Assembly (NCBI GenBank): GCA_000320545.1
Contig: ADNK01001725.1
Location: forward strand, 80,348 to 144,347
Direction of reading: 5' to 3'
DNA from: Bigelowiella natans CCMP2755
Lineage: Eukaryota > Protista > Cercozoa
Length of the DNA stretch: 64,000 bases
Part shown: positions 27,006 to 41,753 of the stretch, piece after piece
Layout of the letters: each line of letters begins with the position of its first letter
Numbering within the stretch: position 1 is the stretch's first letter
The notes under the pieces: model-generated
What the model was told of the DNA's origin: nothing
The model's input: only the letters and a program-made list of their open reading frames with translations
Database searches by the model: none
Translations under genes and position numbers: made by a program

Positions 27006-27665
27006 CGACGATGATGATGATGATGATGATGGCTAACAAAGAACCATTGTCGTAGTAGTAGTAGGTGTAGTAGTAGTAGTAGTAGCATGTCTTGATGGAG
27101 ATAGATAGCAGCCAACATAGTAGTTGAATGATAACTAGGATGATGAATAGAAAAGGCTGCTGCTGTTGCTACTAATCATGGAGAAGGAGGGAGGGGAGGA
27201 GGAGGAGGAGGAGGAGGAGGAGGATGAGGAGAATAGTATGGGATAATAATATTGTGTACTACAAAGCACAGGATGAATAACAAGTCTTAGTAGTAGTAGT
27301 ATGGCAAGTGGTAGTAAGTAGTTGTTCATAGTTCTAGTACTAATATATCTTATCCTACTTGTTGTAGCTCCTCATGCTAAAATGCTTCCACATATCAAAC
27401 CTATTTGTTTGTTAGTATACAAAGAAAGAAAGTAAGTAAGAATGAGGAAGAGAAGGCGGAAGGACATTAGGGTGCTGCTTACATCTTTCTGGAGTCGGTA
27501 GTATCGACATTCTTTATTTTCACCTATAAATAGATGATAGCATTCATTGATTTGTACACGTAGTAGTAGTAGTATATGTTAAATGACTGAGAGGACGACG
27601 ACATCATTTGTCTTCAGTCTTTAATTTCCTTCACATCCGGCATTTTCACCACACACACACGCGCG

Positions 27666-27717
<52 letters not shown>

Positions 27718-29350
27718 CTATATATTATGATGACTCAATACGATTTATATATGAGTGATACTTACCCCTCTTCTTTGTAGACTACTAACAACAGCTCTTC
27801 CATCACGAATAATATGAATAAACCTATCATGGAGGAGGATAACGTAGAGGGTATATTATTTTAGGAGGAGCCGCTAGATGATTCAATAATAGCAATAATA
27901 CATCCACATCTACTTTTACTACGACTGCTACCAGTGGTGACTAGTTCTACCTTGCTTTGCCTTGTCCTCCTTGTCCTCCTCCTCCTCCTCCTCCTCCTCC
28001 TCCTCCTCCTCCTCCTCCCCCTCCATATATTTCTACAATTTCCCTTATCATCGTCAATAAATATTGAAATGAGGATAATTCGGTGATGATGATGCACGCA
28101 AGGGAAGCTGATTAGTAGTATGAGTAAGAAGAAGAAGCTAGTATAGCTACGATGATGATGATGATGATGATAATACCTAATATGGTTGATTATAAATGGG
28201 TCCTTAGTACATATTAACGGACTACTGTGATGATCATTGTGATGATCATCATCAACGTACTGCTGCTCCTGATGATAGCATACGAAGAAGAACAAGAACA
28301 AGAAGAAGAAGAAAAAGAAGGCAAACTACATGGTTGAATAATCTCCTCGTCATTTATACTTCTGCTTTCTCCTCCTCCCCTCCCTCCCCTCCCCCTCCCT
28401 CCTCCTCCTCCTCCTGCTACACAGAAGGTGGTGTATAGTTTATATACAGTGTGAAACCACAACAACAACAACAACTTGCAGCAGGAGCAGAAGAAGGCCT
28501 ATTCAACTGCTATGTTGTGAATCTAACAGCTATATTCTCCTTCTTATATCTGCACTCTACTACCATCGTTCTTCTTCCTTCTCCTTGACTAATTATTAGA
28601 GAGAGACAGCAGAGAGGTAATACACACAACAAAGGTGATCGATCACATATCATCATCACCATCTTCTTCTTCTCCTTCCCCTTTCTGATGATGCTCCTAC
28701 CCCTTCATCATGTTTGGCATCATCTTTCTTTCTTTCTGACTATGATATTGATTTTGGTTCCTTCGTTTGGTTTTAGCATTTTGATCATTACAATCGGCCA
28801 GTGACTCATCATCATTCTACTATAATATATGTAGTAGTAGTAGTAGTAGTAGTAGTAGTATACACAAAAACATAGTACACTACTGCTACTTACTACTCTT
28901 ATCACCCTTGAATGATAGTATCTAAGAAATTCTTGACAGCTCGTTGCATTAAGCTCTCAGATATACCTAATCATGTTTGTCGCATACATATACATAACAT
29001 GATTATGTTGTTTCATTAAGCTCTCAGATATACCTAATCATGTTTGTCGCATACATATACATAACATGATTATGTTGTTTCATTAAGCTCTCAGATATAC
29101 CTAATCATGTTTGTCACATACATATACATAACATGATTATGTTGTTGCATTAAGCTCTCAGATATACCTAATCATGTTGTCGCACACATAATAAATACTA
29201 GTACTACTATGCTACTCGTGCTGCTTCCTCTCTCTCAGCAGCAGCAGCGGCATACCCACCACTCACCTGCATTCTCTAGCTTCTTGCTATAAATTCTGAA
29301 TAATGAGTTTAGATCATTGTTGTACATTATCGTGTTTGTAGCAGTGAATT

Positions 29351-29397
<47 letters not shown>

Positions 29398-31190
29398 CGG
29401 CGACGACGACCTAATACACCGTGTTTGCAGTAGTGGATTAACAATAATGTCATAATTCTAAATATCGTCATTATTATCTTCAACAATTCCTAAATTTCTC
29501 ACCATCAATATCGTCATTATTGTATATTTTACTTACTACCGAGTGATCGATTCAGCGCTCATTGATTCTTCTTGATATTGGGGAGAATTAGCATTGCTGA
29601 TGTTCCTCCTGTTTTTCTCCTTTTCATTGTCATCACGTTTAATCTTGGTATAGTATTTGCGTTGTATCTGGCCCAGAAACCTACATTATCATCACCGTCA
29701 TCATCATCATCATCATCATCATTATCAGATAACTATACAACTCTGATTCTCACCATGGTAAAACCCTGGTCTCTCTCTCACAATGTACCTGAAGGAGCAA
29801 TGAGGAAGTGAAAGAGGTGATTGAAGGAAAAAAGCAACACTTCATCATAAGATCCATCATGGAGAATAATAACTGACAGTCACGATTACTTAATTGAGAG
29901 TACTACGTTTATTCTTACTAGTTTTGTTTACTAGTACACACTTACATACATACTTACTTACTTACCAAAGGATGGGAACCAAGCATGACACGTAGTAGCG
30001 TAGTCCCTGATTGTACCATCAAACCCTCATCAACCCATAATAAATTCATAGAGACAAAACTGTAGTGTAAAATTCAAAATTAAAGACATCATGCTACAAG
30101 AATGAGTAGATGATGAGACAATGATGAATTGAGGGAAGAATACGCCATAATACACTACCTGATCCTGGAAAACCGCCAATGAAGATATAGCGTAACTCTT
30201 CTCCATGGAATGATATGTTGCTTTTGCTGCGGTCAGTGAACCTTGATCAATAGATTCAAATAATGATATAAGAAAAAACCTTTTAAAAGTGATAAGTTGC
30301 AAAATACTACTCTTATTCATTATTTAAGGAAAAACAGTTTAAAAGTAGTATCTGGTTTAAAATTGCTACTCTTATTCATTACTGTATTGAATCATTCCTA
30401 TCTTCATTTGCAGCTGGAAGTAAGTGGGTAGTAGTTTCTCCTATGTTCAAAACTGTATGCATATAGGCCTGGTTGTGATGGGACGCATGCAAGAAAGACA
30501 AGCATGAGGTATCCTCGATTTTCACAATGATATTATTGTTTAAGCTTAAAATATTACCAGGGAATATATGTACGCCAGCAGGAATAAGACGTGAAAAAAT
30601 AATAGCATACGGCCACCGTTTCCCTTGAAATTGTGCTGTGTACACGAAAAAAGGCGGAGGGGGGAGTGATAGGTAGTAGAAGTAAGAAATATCTTTGGTT
30701 GGTGCAGGATAGATGTCGGAATAACAATTAGAGTAGCAAGTCATGTCAGCATACATCTATATTGTCATGCACACGTAGATACCACCATTGAGAGAGAGAG
30801 AGAGAGAGAGAGAGTTGCCACTAGTAGTCAAACACAGGCTGCTGCACTCCAATGCAGCTCGTCTTTTACAACCACTTAATAGGGGCTGCCTCAGTGTGCA
30901 CAGCCATCGAAAGTAGTATCCACGGTTCTCTTCCTTGCTTTCCTCCACCTTCTCCTCCTCTTACTTGTACTTCTATCTGCACTGCATAGTCCAATATTTG
31001 CAGACTCTTGTTATGCGTCCCTGCCCCTCCTCCATGTTTACATCATCATCATCATTATCATCATCATCATCATCATCATCGTTTTCGGGTAAATGTTGCC
31101 CTTCGGGCTTCTTCCGCTTCCTCTTCTTCCGCGACAGAAGAGGACGGCGAAGAAGAAGAAAGAGGGTTGGTTTCAAGCACAGCGACAACA
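25150..31190 (-). CDS. Poorly resolved multi-exon hypothetical gene, possibly degenerate, containing a WD40-like fragment
   Basis: Scattered AG/GT-bounded coding-like segments: YAISSLAVFQDQ (~30160-30240), GFDGTIRDY (~29970-30025), FLGQIQRKYYTKIKRDD (~29540-29680), GISESLMQRAVKNFLDTIIQG (~28907-28967), LVKEEGTLLERSKFQTPRSPQM (~25897-25964). A full in-frame model could not be built. Confidence 0.35.
28947..29192. repeat. Minisatellite, 67-bp unit x~3.6
   Basis: cattaagctctcagatatacctaatcatgtttgtcgcatacatatacataacatgattatgttgttt starting at 28947, 29014, 29081 and 29148; no unique spacers. Confidence 0.95.
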
Positions 31191-32250
31191 CATTGAAATA
31201 TGTCGCAAGGGGGTAAAGGGCTAGAGGAAGCTATTACTAGCAGTAGGGTTTGATCTTAATCCCGTTGTTGTTGTTCTCCTGGAATAACATTCATCCCCCC
31301 TCCACCCACCCACATAACATAAACATATTATTACAACGAACTCTGCTAAGAAGAAGATACCATCGTACTCCTGGTGTTGCTCAACATGCAACAACATCTT
31401 ATGATGTATCAAACCTCCCACCCAGCTGCAATAATGAGGCCACGGGGGGAGGGACGAAAGTTTGCGCGCTGGAGCAACAAGATCTCCGCAGTTATTATGA
31501 TGGTATACTCCTCCCTCCTATATATCTCCTACCTAATCTTGCTATTGCTGGTGCTGCAGTTACTACTGCCACTAGCTACTGCTGCTTTGCCCAGCTCATC
31601 AATGGTTCGACTTGCTATTTGCTGCAACTACTTATTGCCTTAACACAGCGCTTTCCACCACCTCCACCACCATCGTCATCATTATCATTATCACCAACAT
31701 CATCATCTTGTTTCTTATGAAGATAGTCACCAAGCTCTTGTGTGTTTTCCTTCATTTCTTAGACAACAGCAGCTGTTGCCCTTCTACTGATCATGAATGT
31801 TGGACAAAGAGGAGGCTCCTCCTCACGGTTCTGGTCTCTCATTGATCATGGTGGAGATTACCCAATACTAGATTCAGAACCGACGCCCCTACACGTAAGG
31901 AGGCACTATGAATCTATGTGCGTGGCACGAATATGATGATGGCGCATTACATTGCATAAGTTACAAAAACACCCAATGATGCATGTATGCATGGTACAGC
32001 CTCTTCTCGGTTTCTCATGCTGGCCATTTGGACGTAATAGCACTAGTAATCGATGGCGAAAAGATCTTAAGGTACTCATCAGTTCTGTGGCTAGTAAGAC
32101 GGATAACAACAATGATGATGAGTGGAGTCAGTGAGTGGAAGAAGAAACCTCAATACCCATAGTTTTGCTACCACTAATACCACTTCTACTACTACTACTA
32201 CTACTACCACTACTACAACTACTTTGACAAAAACAAGGGGGAAAACAGTC

Positions 32251-32274
32251 ATGCTGCCCATAGTTCTGCTATTA

Positions 32275-32313
<39 letters not shown>

Positions 32314-33441
32314 AGCCAAAAGCAAGGTGCCAAATGCATACATAAATGCAGCAAACATCTTTCTGCGATTATTATGATGATCTTCATTATTTCCTTCTTC
32401 TTCCATTCGTCAATTAACAGTGGATCACAAAGAAGCTCATGGATGCTAGTTTCAGAAACACGGATAAGAATCGTAGCGGCTATTTAGAGGTAGCAGTCGG
32501 CAGTTGTAGTGCTTCAGCAATCATCATCAACTTCTGCTGATGCTTGTACTACTATCAAATAGATTAGTCAACAACAACAACAACAACAACAACAAGTATT
32601 GATGACAATGACGACGAAGATGATGCTGATTATACGATTTTGAGCGCGAGAAAGTGACGACCTAATGAAGGAGATTTCGAAACACTGAATATTATCCTCC
32701 TCAACTTATCAATTAGCTTGAAGACGTTATTCCGATGATGCACGTTTTCTACTTTGTCTCCAAGCTTGATTTGATCGATTATTTGGTGGAAGATCTACCA
32801 GAATCTCAGGTAATACTCTGACGATGTGATCGATGCATTATTCACTGACTGATGAGTTATCCTTCTCAAAAAGGAGAGAATGTATACTACTAAAACTGCT
32901 ACTACTACTACCCTGTTACTTTTGAGAAGAAGCAACAGCAAGCATTTCTCATCATCATCTCTTTATCCTTTTATCATTGCTATCATTTCCTTGCCTATCG
33001 TTTAATCTTCTTTATGCATTATTGAATGGGTATGGGACAACACATGTAACTACTACTACTACTACTACTACTACTTACTATCGTGATCAGATGAATGCTA
33101 CTGCCACTGCTCTGGCTCAAGAGTACTTTGGGAATGTTACCACCGAGACTTATCAGGTGAAGAATAATAATGGTGGTGATGATTTAGATAATATTCTATT
33201 ATCACGTGAGGAAGAGGACAATTATGTTTGCCATAGTAGTAGTAGTAGTAGCACAAAAAAACAACGAGAAGAAGAAGAAGGAGGATCTGCTGCCTTGACA
33301 GTGAATCATCGTATGTAGTGGCTACTGGAAAAAAGCTGTATTAGTATTAGGAGACGAGAGGAGCACTAAATTGTTGCATCATTCATCATCATCATTTTCC
33401 TAAAGACGCCCTCTCTGTTTATTTTTCATTCTCTCTCTTTT

Positions 33442-33481
<40 letters not shown>

Positions 33482-34133
33482 CGCTTGTTGTTCTCCTCCT
33501 CCTCCTCCTCTTTCGTTCTTTCTTTGAAAAGGAAGAGGCTCGTGCTTTCATCTTAAAGCTTGATCAGGATAAAGACGGAAAGCTGTCAAGGTTGGTCACA
33601 ACAACTACAACACTGACTGTTTGTTTGTTGGAGTATTCGTTGATATTACCTCCTGCTGTTACTGCTGCATCTTTGATATGTTTCATATGTCAAGCTACTA
33701 TCGTGTTAATATTATTTGATGTACAGCAGCAGCTTGTTATTTTTCCTTCTAATAAGAAGTGATAATGACGACGACGGTGGTGATGATGATGATGATGATA
33801 AATACAGGAGAGACATTGACACTGCCTTCCAAGAGCTATATCAGGTTGATGAATAAATGATAAGAAGAGGAAGAGATTATGTGACCGATTAAATGAAGAG
33901 ATATTGCAATATCACCATCGTTATCATCGTCATATTATTACTTACTATTAGTGATAAGCATGTGTTAAGTATTTATTGTTAATTATTGAATATTTCTATA
34001 TTATTATTTACTATTCCCAGGAATTTGATAAAGCAGCCATGTCACCAGAGCAATTCATAACGCTCCTGTATGTATGTATGTATGTATGCATGCATGTATG
34101 TAGTAGTAACAATTTGGCAGGAGGGCATGATAG

Positions 34134-34169
<36 letters not shown>

Positions 34170-34538
34170 ATTGTATACGCTCCTTAAAATAACAAGTGGT
34201 AGATAGTAGCAGCATCAGCAGCAGCAGAAGAAGAAGGAGAAGGGAGAACAAGATAATAAGTACAGTAATGATGCTAGTGGGTGGTATTTTGGCAAAGAAT
34301 GAGTATGTTCCTTTTTCTCTCTCTCTCTCTCTCCCCTTCTCTTTCTATTTCTCTGATTTGTATTATACAATTCTGGTTCCTCAGGAGTTATTTCATCGGA
34401 AGCTTATATCGATTAGGTAGTGTTGGTGTTGGTGCTACTGTGCTTTATTTTACTGCTGAAGCTTCTGACGTTGTTGTGGTTTTGCCGTACTTATGATGAA
34501 CTTCCACAGTAACAATTCCTATGATGATGATGATGATT

Positions 34539-34569
<31 letters not shown>

Positions 34570-35098
34570 CTACCACGATAAGGGTGATAAGCACAAAAGA
34601 ATGAGGTGTAATTAGTTTAAAAAGAGAAACTGCTATTAATGAAATGTCTTCGTGGTGTTATGTACTCATCATCATCATCATCATCATCCTCATCATCATC
34701 ACCATCACTTGTTTATGATATCAGGCATGTTAAATGGTGAAGCATTGGCGACAACAAACCTTTTGAATGTAATGTAGCAGCAGCAGCAGCAGCAGCCAGT
34801 CAATTTAGAAATGACGTTGTATAGCATTATTTACACGAAGAAGGCGTAGCAGAGCCATCATCGTTCATGATGTATGAGTATTCTTCTGCTCCTTAATGGT
34901 AGTAATAGTAGTAGTATCTTATCAGTTGTGTATGTAAATCAATCATTCAATCATCAGATTGTGGACACAACGAAAGAGCCTAAGGAGGCCATTGCAGCTG
35001 TTTTAGCGTATATAAAGACGCTGAGGAAACTAGAAAGAGAAAGTTATCAGAAAAGCAAAAAAAAAGTAATAAGAAAGAAAAAGAAGGATAAAAAATGA
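32251..35098 (+). CDS. EF-hand calcium-binding protein, multi-exon; 5' part disrupted (possible pseudogene or unresolved splicing)
   Basis: Exons give ...LEDVIPMMHVFYFVSKLDLIDYLVEDLPESQ | MNATATALAQEYFGNVTTETYQ | EEARAFILKLDQDKDGKLSR | RDIDTAFQELYQ | EFDKAAMSPEQFITL ... | SYFIGSLYRLG | MLNGEALATTNLLN | IVDTTKEPKEA...KKKKDKK*. DQDKDGKLSRRD fits an EF-hand loop. A Leu-rich signal-like N-terminus is at 32251, but stops and frameshifts occur at 32480-32720. Confidence 0.55.
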
Positions 35099-36018
35099 GG
35101 TGGTTATTATCATGAAATCGTCGTTCATGAGTGCTGCTGAAACAACCAACAAGTGAATATCTGACAGTAGAACAAATAAGTAAGGAAGAAGAAAGGTGAT
35201 GTTTATCAGATATCAGACCATGAGAAGATGAGGTAGTACATCGTGGCGGGAAATTAATTTGAGAGAAAGTACACACCAAGGACATCATAAAGTGTTTTTG
35301 TCTTTATTCTATAAAGTAGTGACAAATGCTGTCTCGAATATTTAGCCAACAAATGTTCCAAGAATATGATGATATTGTGTCCACTACTAAGTGTATATTG
35401 GCAGTAACTCGCGTGCATATATGGTATAGTGCCAATTTATTCGTGCGAAGTCTAATTATGAGTACTCATCATGCGTATCATGATAAGTAGATATAGACCG
35501 ACACCACACGACATATGACGCATGACTGCTACATCCACGTACTACACTTGCATCCTGCTGCATATACAGTATGCTGCATTATGAAGGGCATATACTCCCG
35601 TCTAATAAGTGCGAGTAATATAGTAATGTGGCAGAGTAGAGGAATGCTTACGTATACATACTATACGGCTCTGGAATGAGCGTTATTGATTAGTGCCCTT
35701 TGACATGCAAGCTGCTTACTAGTGATTTACATGCGTATCATGCATGTATATGTGTGTGCGCAGCATCATCATTATCCGATGACATGAGCAGCTGTTGTTA
35801 ATTAAGATTGGAACAAACACTTCTAGACTTTCAAACTAGTCGTCTAGATGAAAGAGTAGAGCATAGAGTAAGATATCTACGTACTTCTGCTTCAATCAGT
35901 ACGCACAATGTCAATTATAACCAAAAGGAAATCAAAAGGGACATGAAGAATTAGCTAAGGATAGATCTGGTCAATATACTGCATGCTTATCCGCCCTCTG
36001 GTAGAGACGATGCATCCA

Positions 36019-37383
36019 TCATAAGAGAGCTTGCAGCTGTTTATCTAATGTTTGAATGGCTATTTGTAGTGTATTTATATGTTGTGTTGCGAGGCGATTC
36101 ATGGCCTCTTTCAGCGTAGCTTGCTCCTCTGAACAATCTGAGCGACGTTCAAATTAGTAATAAGAGATGATATCCATGATGATGATGATGATGATGGCAC
36201 ACTGAAGTGAATGAATCATGAGTAATCAAGTAATACTTTCCTAGGAATAGTAGCACATCGGCATCATCATCGTATCATCATCATCGTCATCATCTAAACC
36301 TCCAGTTGCTGTATCATCATCATCATCAGAAGCAGCAGCAGCAGGATCCCTCTCATCGATCAAGTTCTGAGTTGGTAGTGGTATACAGTATGCCAACAGT
36401 GACAACAACAACAACAATAATATCAAAGAGCTCAATTCATAACAATAATACACGACTCAGAGGACAACGGAAGGTAGTAAACGACAGATTTAAACTGTAA
36501 GGCTCTCGATCTTGTTGCGTGTTAAGTTCTCTTCGATGTGCTGCTTTGCTTTAATAATACTATGTAAAGGCAACATGTGTTGGTTCCCCATCACGGATTC
36601 AATTGCATCTTATTAGATAAATAAATCAATATACTATTACTAGTATGTAATTATGACTTGTTGATACTACCTCCACTAAAGATACCAAGTATCCTTTGAG
36701 AGCTTCTAGCGTCTGGCTCTCAGAAGGAATTTTCAACTTTTGTATTGTGTACGACTTCTCCTCCTCCACCATGTTATTGCTATTATCACTATTCGTTGTA
36801 GTTTTTGTCGCCGTGTTGTAATATTGTGCATCTTCATATTGATGCCATGGTATTATACTACCAGCCTCGTTGTTGCATATATCACTAACAAGAGATGCTG
36901 CAAGGGTTAGCCCCTTAGTAGTGGAAGAAAGGGAATGATTAGTTGGGAGGAGGGAAGAAGATTGAGATGTTGATGTTGAAGAGGGTGGTAGCAGTCTCTT
37001 CAAAGAGAAGAATTCGTCTGGTAGCATACATATTCGAATAAAGTCCACCTGTAGCAGCAGCAGCAGCAGCAGCATTGAGTCAGTGAGTCAGTGGAAGGGG
37101 AGGAGGAGGAGGAGGAGGAGGAGGACGGATTAGGGTCAGTGCACTTAGTAGTTGGTGGTGAAAAATGATGATGACAGGTAAAGCTAGTATCGTGTACTAT
37201 TATACAGCTGTTGCTTCTAGGAAAATGAAAGAATAATATACATATATTAATACGCATGTATGATGTGTGATTGCGAGACAACACTGCTGCTGCTACTACT
37301 ATGTGATTATGGTTGTAAGATAAACTGCTGATTCTACAACTGCTACTACTCTGGTTGTAATAATGCTGCTACTGCTACTACTG

Positions 37384-37414
<31 letters not shown>

Positions 37415-37721
37415 AACTACTACCAAGCGCCGTGAATAAGGGTTGTGAATAGGTCTATTATTGTGTAATGATCGCAACAACAACAACAACAATAAATGTT
37501 AATATGTATCTGCAGTAGGTTAATAATTACTAATGATAATATATTTACAAAAAGGTAAATTACCAACTTCTCCTACTTCTGCTACTTCTGCTGCTGCTGC
37601 TGCTGCTGCTACTACTACTACTACCACTACTACTACTACTATTACTACCTGAGAAGATGCACTTCCGAGTCTCCCAATGTTCTGATGTGCTCCTCTATCA
37701 CCCTTTTAGCCATTCATTTCA

Positions 37722-37753
<32 letters not shown>

Positions 37754-39335
37754 TCAAACAGCAGCAGATAATGTGTCATTATGATCGATCGTTGGCTAGA
37801 ACATGTATAGCTAAATCCTACACCAATATCACTTATTGACCATCATCGGCATCATCATCGTCGTCGTTGTCACCATTTGCTAAAATCGATTTTACTACTA
37901 TCATTATACCAGAATACATTGATGATAATAATGACAATAATACCTTTTCTTCAATGGGTGTAGCAAATGATGTTGGTCGCGTATTACTCTTTCCGTTTCC
38001 TCTTTCTCATCATCCTCCTCCTCATCTTGAGCACTATTTCTACTACTAGTACTGCAGTGTTGGTCAATCACATATGCTTCTAATGCACGTGCGGTTATCT
38101 CAACAAAATCAGCCTCATACTTGTCAATAACGGTGTCATGGAGGAATATCATTCGAGAATTATCAAATGTTCTTGTGATGAATTGATGGGGAGGGGGGTA
38201 AGTTGCTTCTCCGTCACTACTCTTGGTTTGTGTTGAGGAGGAGGAGGAGGAGGAGGAGGAGGCAGAAGAACAACGAATAGACCTCCAATCTGCAACGACA
38301 CACAATAAAGAAATGAAGAAGGAAAGTAGTTTCATAAATAGAAGGGATTTGCCATAAAATGTTTTCAGATACTCGTGCAAGTAATTTGTTCTATTGATTA
38401 CATTAATAGTGATGAGCTCGTAAGTGAAATGTTATAAAAAATAGATAATAATAATAATTATTATAATCGTAATAACATATCATTAGATATATTATCAGCA
38501 TTATGATAGTGTGTTGCTATCCCCCCCTCCCCATTATTATAGTAGAATCACCTTTTGCATCTATGTTAGCCCTTAGCTTAAGGACTCGCATTGGCTTTTC
38601 TGGTACTGCGAAATTATAATCGTCATCATGATTACCAGTTGTTGTATTCTTTTCATCATTACTATTACTATTATGATGATGATGATGATGATGATGATGA
38701 TCCTCCTCATCTTGGCTTGCTCTCTTTGTCTTTCTGATATTTTTCCTTCTTTTTCCTGCCCCCCCATTTTTATTGTTGAGCATTTGCCATCCTCCTTTTT
38801 GCAGTTCAGAGGGACGTGCAACCCAATCTCCCACCCATTCAAATGCTACATTATCTATCACGGGATGCAAAGGCATCATACACAGCTTTTCGTATGTGCC
38901 ATACTCTCCAATGTCTAGACAGCCCCATGATGACGACGATGATGATGATGATGATTGCCATTCAAAAGCAGGAGAAGGAGGAAGAGGAGGATGAGGAGAA
39001 GAAGAAGAAGAAGAAGATGATGATTAGAATGATGCGAATAATAATGTTCAGATTTCCTCCTCCTCCTCCTCCTCCAGCTGATGGATTTACACTACTCACG
39101 ATGACAACTATTCATGTGATTTTCCTCTTATTTAAGTTATTGTTGGTGGGTACTTGCTGTTGTATTGGTTCCCGTTGTTATATTAGGAGGAGGGGGGGGC
39201 ATGGCGGGTAGCGTGAGAGAGAATCGTTCCATCATCTAATAATTGAGAATGTGATTTTATCGTGAAGACTACTTGTATAATTGATGTTGACAACAATCCA
39301 TATCATTTGTGTGCTCTGTCGTTGTCTTTATCGTT

Positions 39336-39368
<33 letters not shown>

Positions 39369-39975
39369 GTCTTCACATCTTCATTATCACTCACTTGATG
39401 TGCCCACACAAAGGCCTTCAACGTGAAAGAATAGGCTGGAAATGCTTGTGGAAAGTTCTGATAGAATTATTAAGCATTCGTCTTCTTATATGTTGTTAAT
39501 ATTATTTTGCAGCAAACACAATATAACTGCCATAGGTATTTACTACACGAAACAATAAAATAAGGAATCATGACGATAATAGCGATAATGATGACTCAAG
39601 TTATTAAATATAATGAAATAATTAAAACGACGAAGAGAAAATGAGTGCTACAATTGCTATTGTTACTACTATTACTATTACTATTACTACTACAGCGATT
39701 ACAAGCAAAGAAATTGGATTAAGAGACGTTAATAATAGTAGTGGTAAGCAACAGTGTATTATTAGTATTATTATCGTGCTATCGAAGGAGGCATTTCCTT
39801 TCTCATCTATAAGCTCACACATGATTAGTGGTAGTAGTAGCACCAAAACCAAAGAACAAATAATGTAGCGTTCTTCTTGTTGTTGTTGTTGTTTAATTAC
39901 CAAAGTCAATGCTGGGAATAGGATGTTGTAGTTTTCAACTAAAGGCTCGTAGATCTACATCCGTATGTAAGAAAT

Positions 39976-40015
<40 letters not shown>

Positions 40016-40120
40016 GATAATACAGCGGGAAAAACTACTGAGAAAGCTGTCTTTTACCAATATTTAAGTGTGTGCTTGTCTTTAGATAAATGCTTGACTA
40101 TAGGCATCATCATCATCACC

Positions 40121-40151
<31 letters not shown>

Positions 40152-40353
40152 GTATCCATCGTAGCTATCGTCGTTACTTCCTCTTATTACTATTTAAGAG
40201 TACCTCTTGAAACGAAGCAAGCGCTGTTAATGGAATCATATCTTGCAATGTTGTGTTGGTGATCAGAAGAGACAATAACGAATCTTCCCGGGGAGAACGT
40301 GGTAACGTCTTCAGTAATGGCCACCATTTTGACTTATATCCCTTTTTATTATC

Positions 40354-40384
<31 letters not shown>

Positions 40385-40617
40385 TTTCATCATTAGGAAG
40401 TTGTAGTATGTATTTATATATGTATTTATCATCCTGATTGCGAGCATTATCATCATTATCACCATCGTTATCACCACCATCAATGTATCGATAGGAGAAG
40501 GAGAGGGTGCCTCTATACAACATAATATTGCTTTTCCTTACATGAGTAATCTTCCTTATCATTCTGATTTTACTACGTACGCTCTGGATTCTGCTTATTC
40601 ACTACTTTCCACTACTT

Positions 40618-40650
<33 letters not shown>

Positions 40651-40914
40651 TTGAACCAATACTTTCGAGTATTCGTCGATAAGATGCAGCATAAGATAAC
40701 ACCGAGGATTTGCTTCTTTCATGATCTGCCTCCCTTTGTAGCTGCTTAAAGCCGTACCTTTTAGATTTTATTGCCTTCCATTATCACCATATATTATTCT
40801 TATGATCTAAATTCATGCTACTGCTGCTGCTGCTACTACTTGGGATAATGATCATCATATTGTAGCAGCTGCTACGGAATAGTAGTAGTAGTAGCTATCA
40901 TGCTAATACTACTG

Positions 40915-40949
<35 letters not shown>

Positions 40950-41708
40950 CCTACCGAATTCCCCAAGATCAAGAGATGCCGTGTCTTAATGAAAGCAAGA
41001 ACACCCATAATATCCAATTAATCACAAAATAAGAATAAAAATAATAATGATTTTAGAACAATGCAGTGTGATTGCCTCGAGTGCGTATCTTCTTTTCCTC
41101 TTTATTTTTGTTTTTGTTTTTTCCCTCTTTGTTTTTGTTTTTGTTTTTGTTCTTGATTCTACTGTGCGGTCCACTCATCAAAGTCGTAGTAGAGGTATGG
41201 GTGCTAGTAGTGGTAGTAGTAGTAGTGGTAGTAGAGGTATGAGTGCTAGTAGTAGTAACTTACGATCTCCAATCAACGCCTCTGCTGGTAATTCCGCCAT
41301 TATGTCTCCTGCTTTCCAGTCGTCACCATGATATCCTTGATAGCGTTGCAGTAGTTAGCAGTATTAACAGTTAATATGATGATGTACATATAACAGCATT
41401 ATTTGAATTGGGTTCTTCATATCTTAAAAGAAAAAACAAAATCTCTCTGTGTGTAATAATATATGTAAGAGTACCTCCTAAGTTGACATCTCCATTGGAA
41501 GCAGAGTCGTTGCTGCGGGTACAATTTCCTTCAAGAAATATCCTTTGTAGCGGTTGATCTTTGCACGCCATCATGCTTTCTGCGGATATATAAGAGAGAG
41601 TCATCATCATCATATGTATCATCATCGGATGGAGAAAATAAGATGCTATATCTATCGACGTTTGTTGGCACGGTGTGTGTATGTGTGCGTTCTGGAGAAA
41701 GAGAGAGC

Positions 41709-41753
<45 letters not shown>

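Noticed and set aside
28947-29192. Possible CRISPR array
   Set aside because: Head-to-tail repeats without unique spacers, eukaryotic intronic context, no cas genes.
31250-31900. Stop-codon reassignment to explain in-frame stops in coding-like sequence
   Set aside because: TAA, TAG and TGA all serve as normal terminators in well-supported genes here, and none interrupts conserved domains.
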